Assembly: GCF_009914755.1 (NCBI RefSeq)
Contig: NC_060926.1
Source: the human T2T-CHM13v2.0 reference genome, Homo sapiens
DNA: 64,000 bases
Reading direction: 5' to 3' (one strand)
This document shows, one piece after another, positions 27,820-39,249 of the stretch; within the stretch, counting starts at the first letter, position 1; each line of letters begins with the position of its first letter. A program made the position numbers and the translations under genes. Below the pieces are notes generated by a model, which was given only the letters and a program-made list of their open reading frames with translations, did no database searches and was not told the origin of the DNA.

Positions 27820-28011
27820 ACTCATTATTCACACTAAGTAGCCAACTTCTCCCTCACTCATTGACAGTATCCTAGCTGTTAGTAAATCTATCTAAAGCTT
27901 ATAATGCAAGATGTTTCCAAATATACATCCCATGAAACTTACTAATGCAACAGAGACACATAGAGATAAAAAAGGACATTAAAAATACAAATTGGAAAGG
28001 TACTAGTCTAG

Positions 28012-28180
28012 GATAGGAATTTTCAAAGGGTAGTCCCTGAAAATCTGTTAGAAATGCAAATTCTCAAGTCTCATCTCAGAGCTACTAAATCCCAGAAACT
28101 TGGGAGTAGAGCCTAACAATCTGTGTTTTAAGAAGTCTTGCAGGTGATCCTGATTCACATAAAAGTTTGATAATTCTTGT
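28012..28180. mobile_element. MER5A-like MITE
   Basis: 'gttagaaatgcaaattctc...aatctgtgttttaa...caggtgatcctgat...aagtttga'. Confidence 0.7.
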
Positions 28181-29973
28181 CTAAGAGCCAGAAGCTCTGT
28201 GTTCATGTCCTGTTTACTTTTTACAGATTTGTGACCTTGGACATATCACTTAATTTTTCTCAGTTTAGCCTCCTCATCTATAGGGCACTGGTAACATATT
28301 GCAACATTTATCATAAGTTTAATTAGGGACAAATAAGAAACTCAAACTTACAAATAGTATTGAGTTATAAAGAATCATCAAAAACATGAAAGATGGCTAA
28401 TATTTACTTTTTTATTGATGTAAAAGATGCATATAAAATTTACCATCTTTACCATTTTAAGTGTACACTTCAGTAGCAATAAATACATTTATATTCTTTT
28501 GGTTCTTCCTTCATCTTCTCCCTCCCCACTCCAAAAAAGTGGATCTCATGAAAATAGAGTGTAGGTTGGTGGTCTCTGGTGTGTATTTTTTTTTTTTTGA
28601 GAAATGTCTATTTAGATCATTTGCCCACTTTTTAATGGGATTATTATTATTTTTTTTTACTGTTGAGTTATTTGAGTTCCCTACATATTCTTGTTATTAA
28701 TCCTTTGTCAGATGAGTGGTTTACAAATATTTTCTTCCATTCTGGGTGTTGTCGCTTTGCTTTGCTGATTGTTTCCTTTGCTGTGCAGTAGCTTTTTAGC
28801 TTCATATAATCCCACTTGTCTATTTTTGCTTTTGTTGCCTGTACTCTTGGGGTCATACACACAAAAATCTTTGTTCAGACCACTGTCCTGGAGTGTTACT
28901 GCAATGGTTTCTTCTGGTGTTTTCATTGCTTCAGGTCTTAGATCTAAGTCTTTCATCCATTCTCACTTGATTCTTGTATATAGTGTGAAGAATATAGTTT
29001 CATTCTTCTTCATAAAGTTATCCAGTTTTCCCAGCACCAATTATGGAAAGGATTGTCCTTTCCCCCATGTATGTTCTTGGCACCTTTGTCAAAGATGAGT
29101 TTGCTGTAAACATGGGGGTTTATATCCGGATTCTCTATTCTGTTCCATTGTTTTATGTGTCTGTTTTTACACCAGTACCATGCTGTTTGGGTTACTGTAG
29201 CTTTGTAGTAAATTTTAAAGACAGGTAGTGTCATGCCTCTAGCTTTATTCTTTTTTCACTCAGGACTGCATGAGCTATTTGGAGTCTTTTATGGTTTCAT
29301 ATAAGTTTGAGAATTGTATTTTCTATTACTGTGAAGACTGTCATTGGTATTTTGATAGGAATTGCATTGAATCTGTAAATTACTTTGGGCAATATTGCCA
29401 TTTTAATAATATTGATTCACTAATCCATGAGCATGGAATATCTTTCTATTTTATTGTGTCCTCTTCAATTTCTTTCATCTGAGTTTTATAGTTTGTATAG
29501 ATCTTTGACTACTTTTGTCAGATTGATTCTTAGGTATTTTCTATTTTTTGTAGCTATTATAAATGAGATTGCTTTCTTGATTTCTTTTTCAGATTGTTTG
29601 CTGTTGGCAAATATAAATGTTACTAATTTTGTATTCTGCAACTTTACTCAATTTGTTCTAATTTGTTCAGTTCTAAGAGTTTTTTGGTGGAGCCTTTATG
29701 TTTTTCTAGGTATGAGATTATGTCATCTGTAAACAAGGCTAATTTGACTTCTTCCTTTTCAATTTGGATGCCCTTTTTATTTTCTTGCCTAATTAATTAC
29801 CCTGTCCAGGACTTTCAGTGTTAAATAAAAGCAGTGTAAGTGGGCCATGCTTGTCTTGTTCCAGTCCTTAGAGGAAAGGCTTTCAATTTTTCCCTGTTCA
29901 CTATGATGTTAGTTGTGGCTTTGTCACATATAGCATTTATTATTTTGAGGTATGCTACCTCTATATCCATTTT

Positions 29974-30028
29974 TTATTTCAACTTTTATTTAGATAGAGG
30001 AGGTATATGTGCAGGTTGGTTACCTGGG
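29974..30028 (-). mobile_element. ~55-bp 3'-terminal L1PA/L1PB fragment nested in the L1MA
   Basis: 'ttatttcaacttttatttagat...atgtgcaggttggttacctgggt' flanked by TSD tctata(t/c)ccatttt at 29960-29973 and 30029-30042. Confidence 0.75.
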
Positions 30029-31335
30029 TCTATACCCATTTTGATAAGGGGTTTTATTAAAAAGTGATATTGAATTTTGTCAAATGCATTTTCAGTATCT
30101 ATTGGAATAATGTTTATGTTCTTGAATCTGTTAATGTGGTGGATTCTGTTTATTGATTTGTTATATGTTGAACCATCTTTGAATTCCTGAATGAATTCCA
30201 CTTGATCATGTGTATGATCTTTTTAATGTGTTGTTGAATTCAGCTTGCTAATATTGTGTTGAGGATTTTTGCATCTATGCTCATCAGAGATATTGGCTTG
30301 TAGTTTTCTTTTTTTATTGTTGTTGTGTTTTTGTCTGGTTTTGATATCAGAATAATGCTGGCCTCAGAGAATAAGTTTGCAAGTATTTCCTCCTCTTAAA
30401 ATATTTTGAAGTGTTTGAGTAGGATTGATATTAATTCTTTAAAAGTTTGGCAGAATTCTACAGTGAAGCAATCAGGTCCTGGGCTTTTTTTGATGGGAGA
30501 TTTTTTATTAAGCCTTTGATCTTGGTTGATTTTTTTGTTTTGTTGAGGATTTTTTTTCTTTTTTTCTTTTTTTTAATTTCGGCATGATTTAATCTTCGTG
30601 GGTTTTAGGTATTCCAGAATTTATCCATTTCCTCTATGTTTTCCAATTTATTGATGTACAGTTTTTGTAATTGTCTCTAATGATCCTTTGTATCTCTGAG
30701 GTCTCAGCTGTTATGCCTCCTTTGTCATATACGATTTTGTTTATTTGGGTCTTCTCTCTTTACTCTCAGTTAATCTAGCTAAAGCTTTATTTATTTTGTT
30801 TATCTTTTTAATAGAGTAACTTTCTGTTTCATTGATCCTCTGTATTTTTTTACTCTCAATTCTATTTATTTCTACTGTGATCTTTATTATTTCTTTCTTT
30901 CCACAAATTCTGAGTTTGTCTTGTTCTTAATCTTCTAGTTCCTTAAGGTAAATTGTTAGGTTGTTTACTTGAAGTCTTTCTACTTTTTTGATATAGACAT
31001 TTATTGTTGTAAACTTCCCTCTTAGTACTGCTTTTGCCATATCCGATTGATTTTGATATGTTGTATTTTCATTTTCATTTGTTTCAAGAAATGTATTAAT
31101 TTTCTTTTTGATTTGTACATTAACCTGTTGGGCATTCAAGGGCATGTGGTTTAATTTCCATATGTTTATGTATTTTTTTCAAGGTTACTATTGTTATTGA
31201 TTTCTAGTTTTATTTTATTGTGGTTAGAAAAGATACTTGATATGATTTTTTAAAATTTTATTCAGACTTATTTTGTAGCCTAAGATATAGAACATTCTTC
31301 AGAATGTTTCATGTGCTGATGAAAAAAATGTGTAT

Positions 31336-31438
31336 AAGACCAAATAGACCCACAGGCTCTAAACTACCAGACCTGCATTAAAAATTTCGGTTGGGGCGAC
31401 CTCGGAGTATAACCCAACCTCTGAGCAACATATGTTGA
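31336..31438 (+). pseudogene. NUMT: fragment of mitochondrial 16S rRNA (MT-RNR2)
   Basis: Contains acctgcattaaaaatttcggttggggcgacctcggag (31371-31407), the conserved mt-16S motif, with diverged flanks; it interrupts otherwise contiguous L1 sequence. Confidence 0.93.
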
Positions 31439-33998
31439 CTGTAGCAGTTGGTTGAAATATTCTGTAAATGTCACTTAGGACTATTTAATCTCGTGTGTAG
31501 TTTAACTCCACTGTTCCTTTGTTGATTTTCTGTCCAGGTTATCTGTCTATTACTAACAGTGGGGTGTTAAAGTCCCCAACTATTATTGTACTCCAGTCTA
31601 TCCTCCCTTTAGATCTATTTATGTTTGCCTTATATACTTGGGAGCTCCAGTGTTGGGTGCATAGCTATTTATAATTGTTATATTCTCTTGCTGAATTGAC
31701 TCTTCTATCATTATATACTGACCTTCTTTATCTCTTTTTACAATCTTAGATTTGTAATCTGTTTTGCCTGATATAAGTATAGCTACTCCTTTGGCTTCCA
31801 GTTGTATGCAATATCATTTTCAAAACCCCTTCACTTTTAGTTTATGTGTGTTTTTATAGGTGAAGTGGGTTTCTTGAAGTTTCTGTTTCTTTATTCATTT
31901 GGCCATTCTGTGATCTTTAATTAGCAAATTGAGACCATTTACATTCAGTGTTGTTTTTGATAGGTAAGGACACACTACAGCCATTTTGTTGCCTGTTTTC
32001 TGGTTGCTCTGAGACTCCTCTCTTCCTTTCTTACTGTATTCCTTTGTGGTTAAGTGATTTTCTCTCGTAGTATGTTTTAATTTGTTGCTTTTTATTTTTA
32101 GTGAATCTATTATAGGTTTTTGTGCTGTGGTTACCACGAAGCTTACAAAAAACATCTTATAGATATAACAAGTTATTCTAAAGAGATGACAACTTGGATC
32201 ACAAAGAAAAGAATAGAAACAAAAGCAACAACAACAAAAAATGCACAGTTTAACTCCATCTCCCCCCACATTTCGATGTTGAGTTGTCTCAATATACATA
32301 TTTTTATATTACCTATCTCTTAGTTGTTGTAGCTATTATTGTTTCTGATAGATTTGTCTTTTGGGCTTCATACCAGAGTTATAAGCAGATTGCAAACCAC
32401 AGTTACAGTAATAGAGTATTCTGGCTTTATTCATATACTTAAGTTTACCATTGGGTTTCATACCTTGAAAAGTTTTCTTTTTGCATGTTAGTGGTTTCTT
32501 TTCTTTCAGATTGAAGAACTCTTTTTAGCATTTCTTGTAAGATGGGTCTAGTGGTGGTAAATTCTCTCAATTTTGTTTTTCTGGGAAAGACTTCATTTCT
32601 CCTTCATTTTTGAAGGATAATTTTGCTGGTTACAGTATTCTCAAATGGCAGTTTTTTTCCTTGAGTACTTTGAAAATGTCATTCCACTCCTTCCTGGACT
32701 GTACAGTTTCTGTTGAGAACTTTGTTGCCAGACAAATTGGAGATCCTCTACATGTGATTTGCTTATTTTCCCTTGCTGCTTTTAGTATCCTCTCTTTGTC
32801 CTTGACTTTTGAGAGTTTTATTATTATATGTGTTGGATAGAATTTGGGTTGGATCTGTTTGGTGTTCTCAGATGTTTCTGTACCTGAATATTTACATCTT
32901 TCTCAAGTTTTGGAAAGTTTTCTGCTATTACTTCTTTGAGTAAGGTTTCTAACCCTTGCTGTCACCAAGCTCCCTCTTGAAAAACAATAATTCTTAGATT
33001 TTGTCTTTCGGGGTAATTTCTATATCTCATAGGTGGTCTTCATTTATTTTCATCCTTTTTTTTGCCACTGAATGTGTGTTTATAAATATATGGTCTTCAA
33101 GCTCACTAATTTTTTTCTTCTGCTTGGTCCATTCTGCTGGTGAAAGCCTCTAATAGGTTCTTGATGTCAGCAAATGTATTTCTCAGTTATAAAATTTTTG
33201 TTTGATTTTTAAATTATTTCAATCTCTTAATTTTCTCTAATAAATTTCTGAATTGCTTTCTGTATTATCTTGGATATCACTGAGTTTCCTTAAAACTGCT
33301 ATTTTGGATTCTTGGTCAGAGAGTTCATAAATTGTTGTCTCACTAAGGTCAGTCGTTGGAAACTTGCTTTTTCCTTTTGGGGAAATCGTAGTTCCCTGTT
33401 TGCTATTGTTGCTTGTGTGTATTTGTACTGAAGGGTTATTTATTTATTTCCATTTTATTTCCCTGGCTTATTTTGTTTTTTATTGGCTATGTTTGCCTAG
33501 CAAATCTTTACTGTTAGGTAGCTGCCTCATTTTTGGCTATATGTGGTACCTTAAGCCCAGTTTCACCTTGACTTCAGTAAATGATTGGAGTTCCACTCTC
33601 CCAAAAGGCAGCAATCTCAAAAGAATTATCCCAGCAGTGTGGGAAAGCTGGCTAGGAGTTCTTGCTGAGGGATCTATGAAATATACCTCCTACAGTGTGG
33701 TGCTGCTGAATAGCCACTTTGATTTGGTGTCACCTTTGGTCAAGTTACAAAAAAGAGTTTATAGGACTAGGGATGGTAGCCCAACCTCCCCTTGTCTCTA
33801 GCTGTCCTCAGGGATATTTCTCCCTTCAGGCAGTCATTATATTTCCTTTGGGTTAAGGAAAGAACAGATCTCCTGCCAGGGAACTCAACATTATGGGAAA
33901 ATTGATTGACCACCTCAATCTCACTATTTTTACTATAGAAACCATAATTTGGGGAAAGATTTTCTACATGCTTCTTGCCAGGAAGAATGGAAGGCGGG

Positions 33999-36320
33999 TA
34001 TATTAGTCCATTTTCACACTGCTGATAAAGACCTACCAGAGACTGGGCAATTTACAAAGAAAAGAGGTTTATTGGACTTAACAGTTCCACGTGGCATGGG
34101 AGGCCTCACAATCATGGCGGAAGGTAAAAGTCAAGGAGGAGCAAGTCACATCTTACATGGATGGTGGCAGACAGAGAGAAAGTTTGTGCAAGGAAACTCC
34201 CATTTTTAAAACCATCAGATCTTGTGAGACTCATTCACTATCTTGAGAACGAAGGAAAGACCCACCCCCATGATTCAATCACCTCCAACCAAGTTCCTTC
34301 CAAGACATGTGGGAATTATGGGAGTTATAATTCAAGATAAGGTAGAAATTTAGGTAGGGACAGAGCCAAACCATATCATTACCCCTCAGGCCCCTCCCAA
34401 ATCTCATGTCCTCACATTTCATAACCAATCATGCCTTCCTAACAGTCCCCCAAAGTCTCAACTCATTTCTGCATTAACTCAAAAGTCCATAGTCCAACAT
34501 TTCATCTGAGACAAGGCAAGTCCCTTCTGCCTATTAGCCTGCAAAATCAAAAGCAAGTTAATTACCTCCTAGATACAATGAGGGTACAGGCATTGGTTAA
34601 ACACGGCCATTTCAAATGGGAAAAATTGGCCAAAACAAAGGGCCTACAGTCCCCATGGAAGTCCGAAATCCAGCAGGGCATTCAAATCTTAAAGCTCCAA
34701 AATGATCTTCTTTGACTCCATGTCTCACATCTGGGTCATGCTGATGCAAGAGGTGGGTTCCCATGGTCTTGGGCAGCTCCACCCCTGTGGCTTTGCAGGG
34801 TACAGGCTTCCTCCCAGCTGCTTTCACAGGCTGGTGTTGAGTGTCTGTGGCTTTTCCAGGCACACAGTGCAAGCTGTCAGTGAATCTACCATTCTGGAGT
34901 CTTGAGGATGGTGCCTTTCTTCTCACAGGTCCACTAGGTGGTGCCCTATTAGGGACTCTGTGTGGGGGCTCTGACCCCACATTTTCCTTCCGTACTGCCC
35001 TAGCACAGGTTCTCCATAAAAGCCCCACCCCTGCAGCAAACTTCTGCCTGAACATCCAGGTGTTTCCACACATCCTCTGAAATCTAGGCAGTGGTACCCA
35101 AACCTCAATTCTTGACTTCTGTGCACCCGCAGGCTCAACACCACACATGGAAGCTGCCAAGGCCTGGGGATTGCACCCTCTGAAGCCATCGTCCAAGCTG
35201 TACCTTGGCCCCTTTTAGTCATGCCTAGGGTAGCTGGAATGCAAGGCATCAAGCCCCTAGACTGCACACAGCACGGGGACCCTGGGCCTGGTCCATGAAA
35301 CCATTTTTTTCCTCCTAGGACTCTGGGCCTGTGATGGGAGGGGCTGCTGTGAAGACCTCTGACCTGCTCTGGAGACATTTTCCCCATTGTCTTGGGGATT
35401 AACATCCAGCTCCTCATTATTTATGCAAATTTCTACAACTGGCTTGAATTTCTCCTCAGAAAAATAGGATTTTCTTTTCTATCACATTGTCAGGCTGCAA
35501 ATTTTCCAATTTTTTTTTGCTCTGCTTCCCTTATAAAACTGAATGTCTTCTACTGAATGCTTTGCTGCTTAGAAATTTTTTCCACCAGATACCCTAAATC
35601 ATCTCTCTCAAGTTCAAAGTTCCCCAAATCTCTAGAACTGAGCCAAAATGCCACCAATCTTTTGCTAAAACATAACAAGAGTCACCTTTGCTCCAGTTCC
35701 CAACAAGTTCCTTATTTCCATCTGAGACCACCTCAGCCTGGAGCTTGTTGTTCATATCACTATCAGCATTTTTGTCAAAGACATTCAAGTCTCTAGATAG
35801 TTCCAAACTTTTCCACATTTTCCTGTCTTTTTCTGGGCCCTCCAAACTGTTCTAACTCTGCCTGTTACCCAGTTCCAAAGTGGCTTCCACATTTTCGAGT
35901 ATCTTTTCAGCAACACCCCACTCCTTGTACCAATTTACTGTACTAGTCCGTCTTCATGCTGCTGACAAAGACATACCCAAGACTGGGAAATTTACAAAAG
36001 AAAGAAGTTTATTGGACTTACAGTTCCATGTGGCTGGGGAGGCCTCACAAACATGGAAAAAGGTGAAAGGCAAAGGCAAGGAGGAGCAAGTCATGTCTTA
36101 CATGGATGGCAGCAGGCAAAGAGGAAGTTTGTGTTTTAAAAAGTTGGTTTTTACAACCATCAGATCTCATAACATTCATTCAGTATGATGAGAACAGCAC
36201 AGGAAAGACCCACCCCCATAATTCAATCACCTCCAACCAGGTTCCTCCCATGATATGTGGCAATTGTGGGAGTTACAATTCAAGATGAGATTTGGGTGGG
36301 GACACAGCCAAACCATATCA
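33999..36320 (-). mobile_element. Complete THE1 (THE1B/C-like) MaLR provirus: LTR 33999-34378, internal 34379-35938, LTR 35939-36320
   Basis: Two similar LTRs ending ccaaaccatatca; ~1.56-kb THE1-internal sequence; TSD gcggg/ggggg. Confidence 0.95.
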
Positions 36321-38739
36321 GGGGGATATTGAAGATGTGAAGTCCAATTCTTCTACTGTCTACTCTGAACTTTTTCACTTCTCTGTGGCCCCAGGTTCTA
36401 TCCCTGAGGCCACATTTGAGCTCTGCATTGTTATCAATGAAATCTTGGCACTGTATACTTGCTTTTGGTTTTGTGTGGGGAGCAGAAGTAAAGCCAGCTT
36501 GCTTCTATGCTGCCATTTTAAAACCAGAAGTTTAAGGTGGTTAATTTTAGTTTTAATTTCTGCACAATTTCTGTTTAATTTTTAAAGAGGTATACATATA
36601 ATCTAAACTAATCCCAAGAACTAATAAACAAAAGATAATAGAAGACACAGTTACATAAGTAAAACAATAGGATTTTGAATACCAGGAATTCTATTTTTAG
36701 TAAAACAAGTAAACAAGCATATTAAAATCCATGCTCTTAAGTCTTTATTAGAGTGTAGGGAGAGAAGATTTGGCAGCATGTTAAGAAGCAGGAAGCAATC
36801 ATCAAAAAGGATCAACAGAAATAGATGTCTACATTAAGAGCCTTAAGTAAAAGAGACAGGCTGAGGAAGAAGGCAGCATCCTCTCTCTTCATAGCCTAGG
36901 TTATGGTAAACAAACATCACTAATACCTCATTAAGAGTTAGCTCCTGGCATCAGGGGTTTTTCCCAAAAGAGTTTAAATTTTAGGGGTTGTTTAAATCCA
37001 GAAATCTCTCAGCCTCTTAAGAATTTTTATAATAAATTTTCAACATCTAGGAAACAATTTCTATAGCCTCTAGGAACATATGATGAGTGGGGTTAATTGG
37101 GGAACATTCATAGAAAATTCAGAGATTCTCAATGCTCAGTTTATGAAATATAGTGGAAAAAATTAATGCCAAAGTTGTATTTATGTCCTCATCTAGGTCT
37201 TTCTTCCTTTTCAGTTTCAAGAGGTTTCTCTGAAGCATCAGACCTGGAAAAGAAATTGACATGGCCTCACAGGACAAAAAAACAAACCTGTCAGGCTTTC
37301 AAGGTAGAGCAGCCCTAAAATATCCCCAAGCCTGCAAGCCACCTGCAAGTTTGACTGCCAAGAGACTTGCCCCACTGGCATTCACATCCAATGACCTACC
37401 AGTGAGAACACAGTGACAGAAGCTTGCTGGCCTGCCTATAGCTAAAGAGGTGGTTTCCATCCATGGCATCTGCTGCATTGTTAAGCAAAAGCATATGGAG
37501 AGGCATGTTTAGAGGGACTGGAGTTATTTATATTCACAATGGAATGTCCCTATATTGGGGTCTTAACATAGCATAGGAAATCCTCTTGTGATGCTATGCT
37601 TAAAGTCCCATTTGTTCACATAGATGAGTGAAGAGTCATTTTTACTGAAAAAGTTATGCTAAAATTCAGAACACCATGACAAATTGGATTCATGGAAAAA
37701 AGTCTAAGCTATTTTGTGACAGCAGCACTTTCCACGTGTTTTATGTTAATATCCCATGCTGGCAAAGTACTTTGTCCTATTTTTAATATGATTTTTAAAA
37801 AGAAAAGTGCCCACTTTCTCTATAAGCTTTATAAAAAAGGCCTCTTTAGACCCTTCTCTCTAAGAAATTGGGTCAATGAAGGAGAATGAAATATTATAAG
37901 CACTCTAAGAGGAAAGGGAACATAGCTTACAAATTAATGTCATGATCATTTTATTACATCCACAATTGGTTACAGTAAATGCACGGACTTGCAATACATA
38001 TATTTGAAAGAAAGATACCTAAACCTTACCTGAAACTTTATTATTGGTTGTTTATAATGCATTTTTCCAATTATTGGAGAAGATATTGATACTTGCTGTG
38101 ATTGACTCATTTTCTTTTCATGAATGGTAAGTAACATATGTTATTGATAATAAACACATAGTATTGCCCTTTCTCTATTTGTACTATCCAAGTTTGCCAT
38201 CATCATAACTACTTCATACAGCAGAATTTAGAGAACATGATTGGAGGATGCTGCCTCACTGGGTTCTTCTATTACAGAAGTGGAACTCTGACTATATATA
38301 GAGTTCCTTTGAGTGGTTTTCTTCCTGGATAGCTTACTCCTTCATTTTCTCCACCTTAGAAGTTTTAAGTTTATCTGAGAGGTAAGTAAAGAGGAATAAA
38401 ATATTCAAACAATAATCTCCAAAGACAGGGTATACTTTTCCACCACTCTGCCTTTGCTGTGTTCTTAAGAGTTTTTATTACAGATGACCCTCTCCAATGT
38501 CTTCTACTTCACTGAAATCATCCTCATCCTTTAAGGCCATTTCTCTTTGAAATTACAGTCTACTTTGTATGACAGTTAGGTGTATATAGAACTATCTCTT
38601 CCAACTAGATTATAAACCTTCAAAGGACAGGATCATATCTGAGTTATCTTTGGGAAGTGAATGAATCCTGTGAGGTAATTCACAGAAAGGCATGGAGGAG
38701 AGGAAACACTTTGTGTACAAGGAGGAGTCATATTTGTGT

Positions 38740-38830
38740 TTGCTTGGCCTTTCTTGGATTATAATCCTGATGAGGTAGTTGCTCATAGGCAACAACTACC
38801 TCATTAGGATTATTTAGGAATCCCAGGTAA
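38740..38830 (+). other. Long inverted repeat / pri-miRNA-like hairpin
   Basis: 21-bp core stem (38761-38781 with 38793-38813; 20 Watson-Crick pairs plus 1 G:U), 11-nt loop, extendable by G:U-rich helices. The structure is seen directly; expression is unknown. Confidence 0.6.
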
Positions 38831-38909
38831 TTAAGGCTGTAGACTAGGACATAAATGTGTTTGGGGTACAAAATATTTAATTATTAATCTCCCTTTATGT
38901 CAGTCATTG

Positions 38910-39110
38910 TATAATAATAGCCAACATTTGTTGAGCTTTTGGTAGATGAGGCACTCTCTAAGAGTTTGATCAGAGTCTCATCTGAATCTCACGAAAACAA
39001 AACTATGGAATGTGCACTATTGCTACCTCCTTTCTACAGATGAGGAAACTGAAGATAAATAATGCAAAGCAAAACAGTGGTAGAGGTAGGATCAGACTCC
39101 CAAATCCTAT
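38910..39110 (-). mobile_element. MIR fragment
   Basis: 'ataatagccaacatttgttgagc...ctacagatgaggaaactga'. Confidence 0.75.
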
Positions 39111-39249
39111 ATATCAAAATAAAACTGAAAACACCGTATCGAGATGATTTCTAAAAATATATTGTAATAACAAAATGTAATTTAAATATTTAACTAAACT
39201 ACTTATAATCTACCAGATGATATAATAAACACATTTATCTAAGATAACA

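Larger units (their letters stand above)
28405..36531 (-). mobile_element. Apparently full-length L1MA-class LINE-1, interrupted by a small L1PA, a NUMT and a THE1 provirus
   Basis: 3' end at ~28405; ORF2 remnants ([46 protein letters not shown]); 5' terminus reads acttctggttttaaaatggcagc on the minus strand at ~36531; degenerate TSD agatggctaatattta / aggtggttaatttta. Confidence 0.88.

Noticed and set aside
31336-31438. Functional rRNA gene or contamination
   Set aside because: Only ~100 bp, diverged from modern mtDNA as I recall it, and embedded in contiguous nuclear L1 sequence, so called a NUMT.
34612-35417. Longest ORFs (194 aa and 164 aa)
   Set aside because: They lie wholly in the THE1 internal region, whose GC-richer decayed ORF commonly gives such frames; not a host gene.
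38771-38792. let-7 family gene
   Set aside because: Only the first 9 nt (tgaggtagt) match; the rest and its position in the hairpin do not fit a let-7 precursor.
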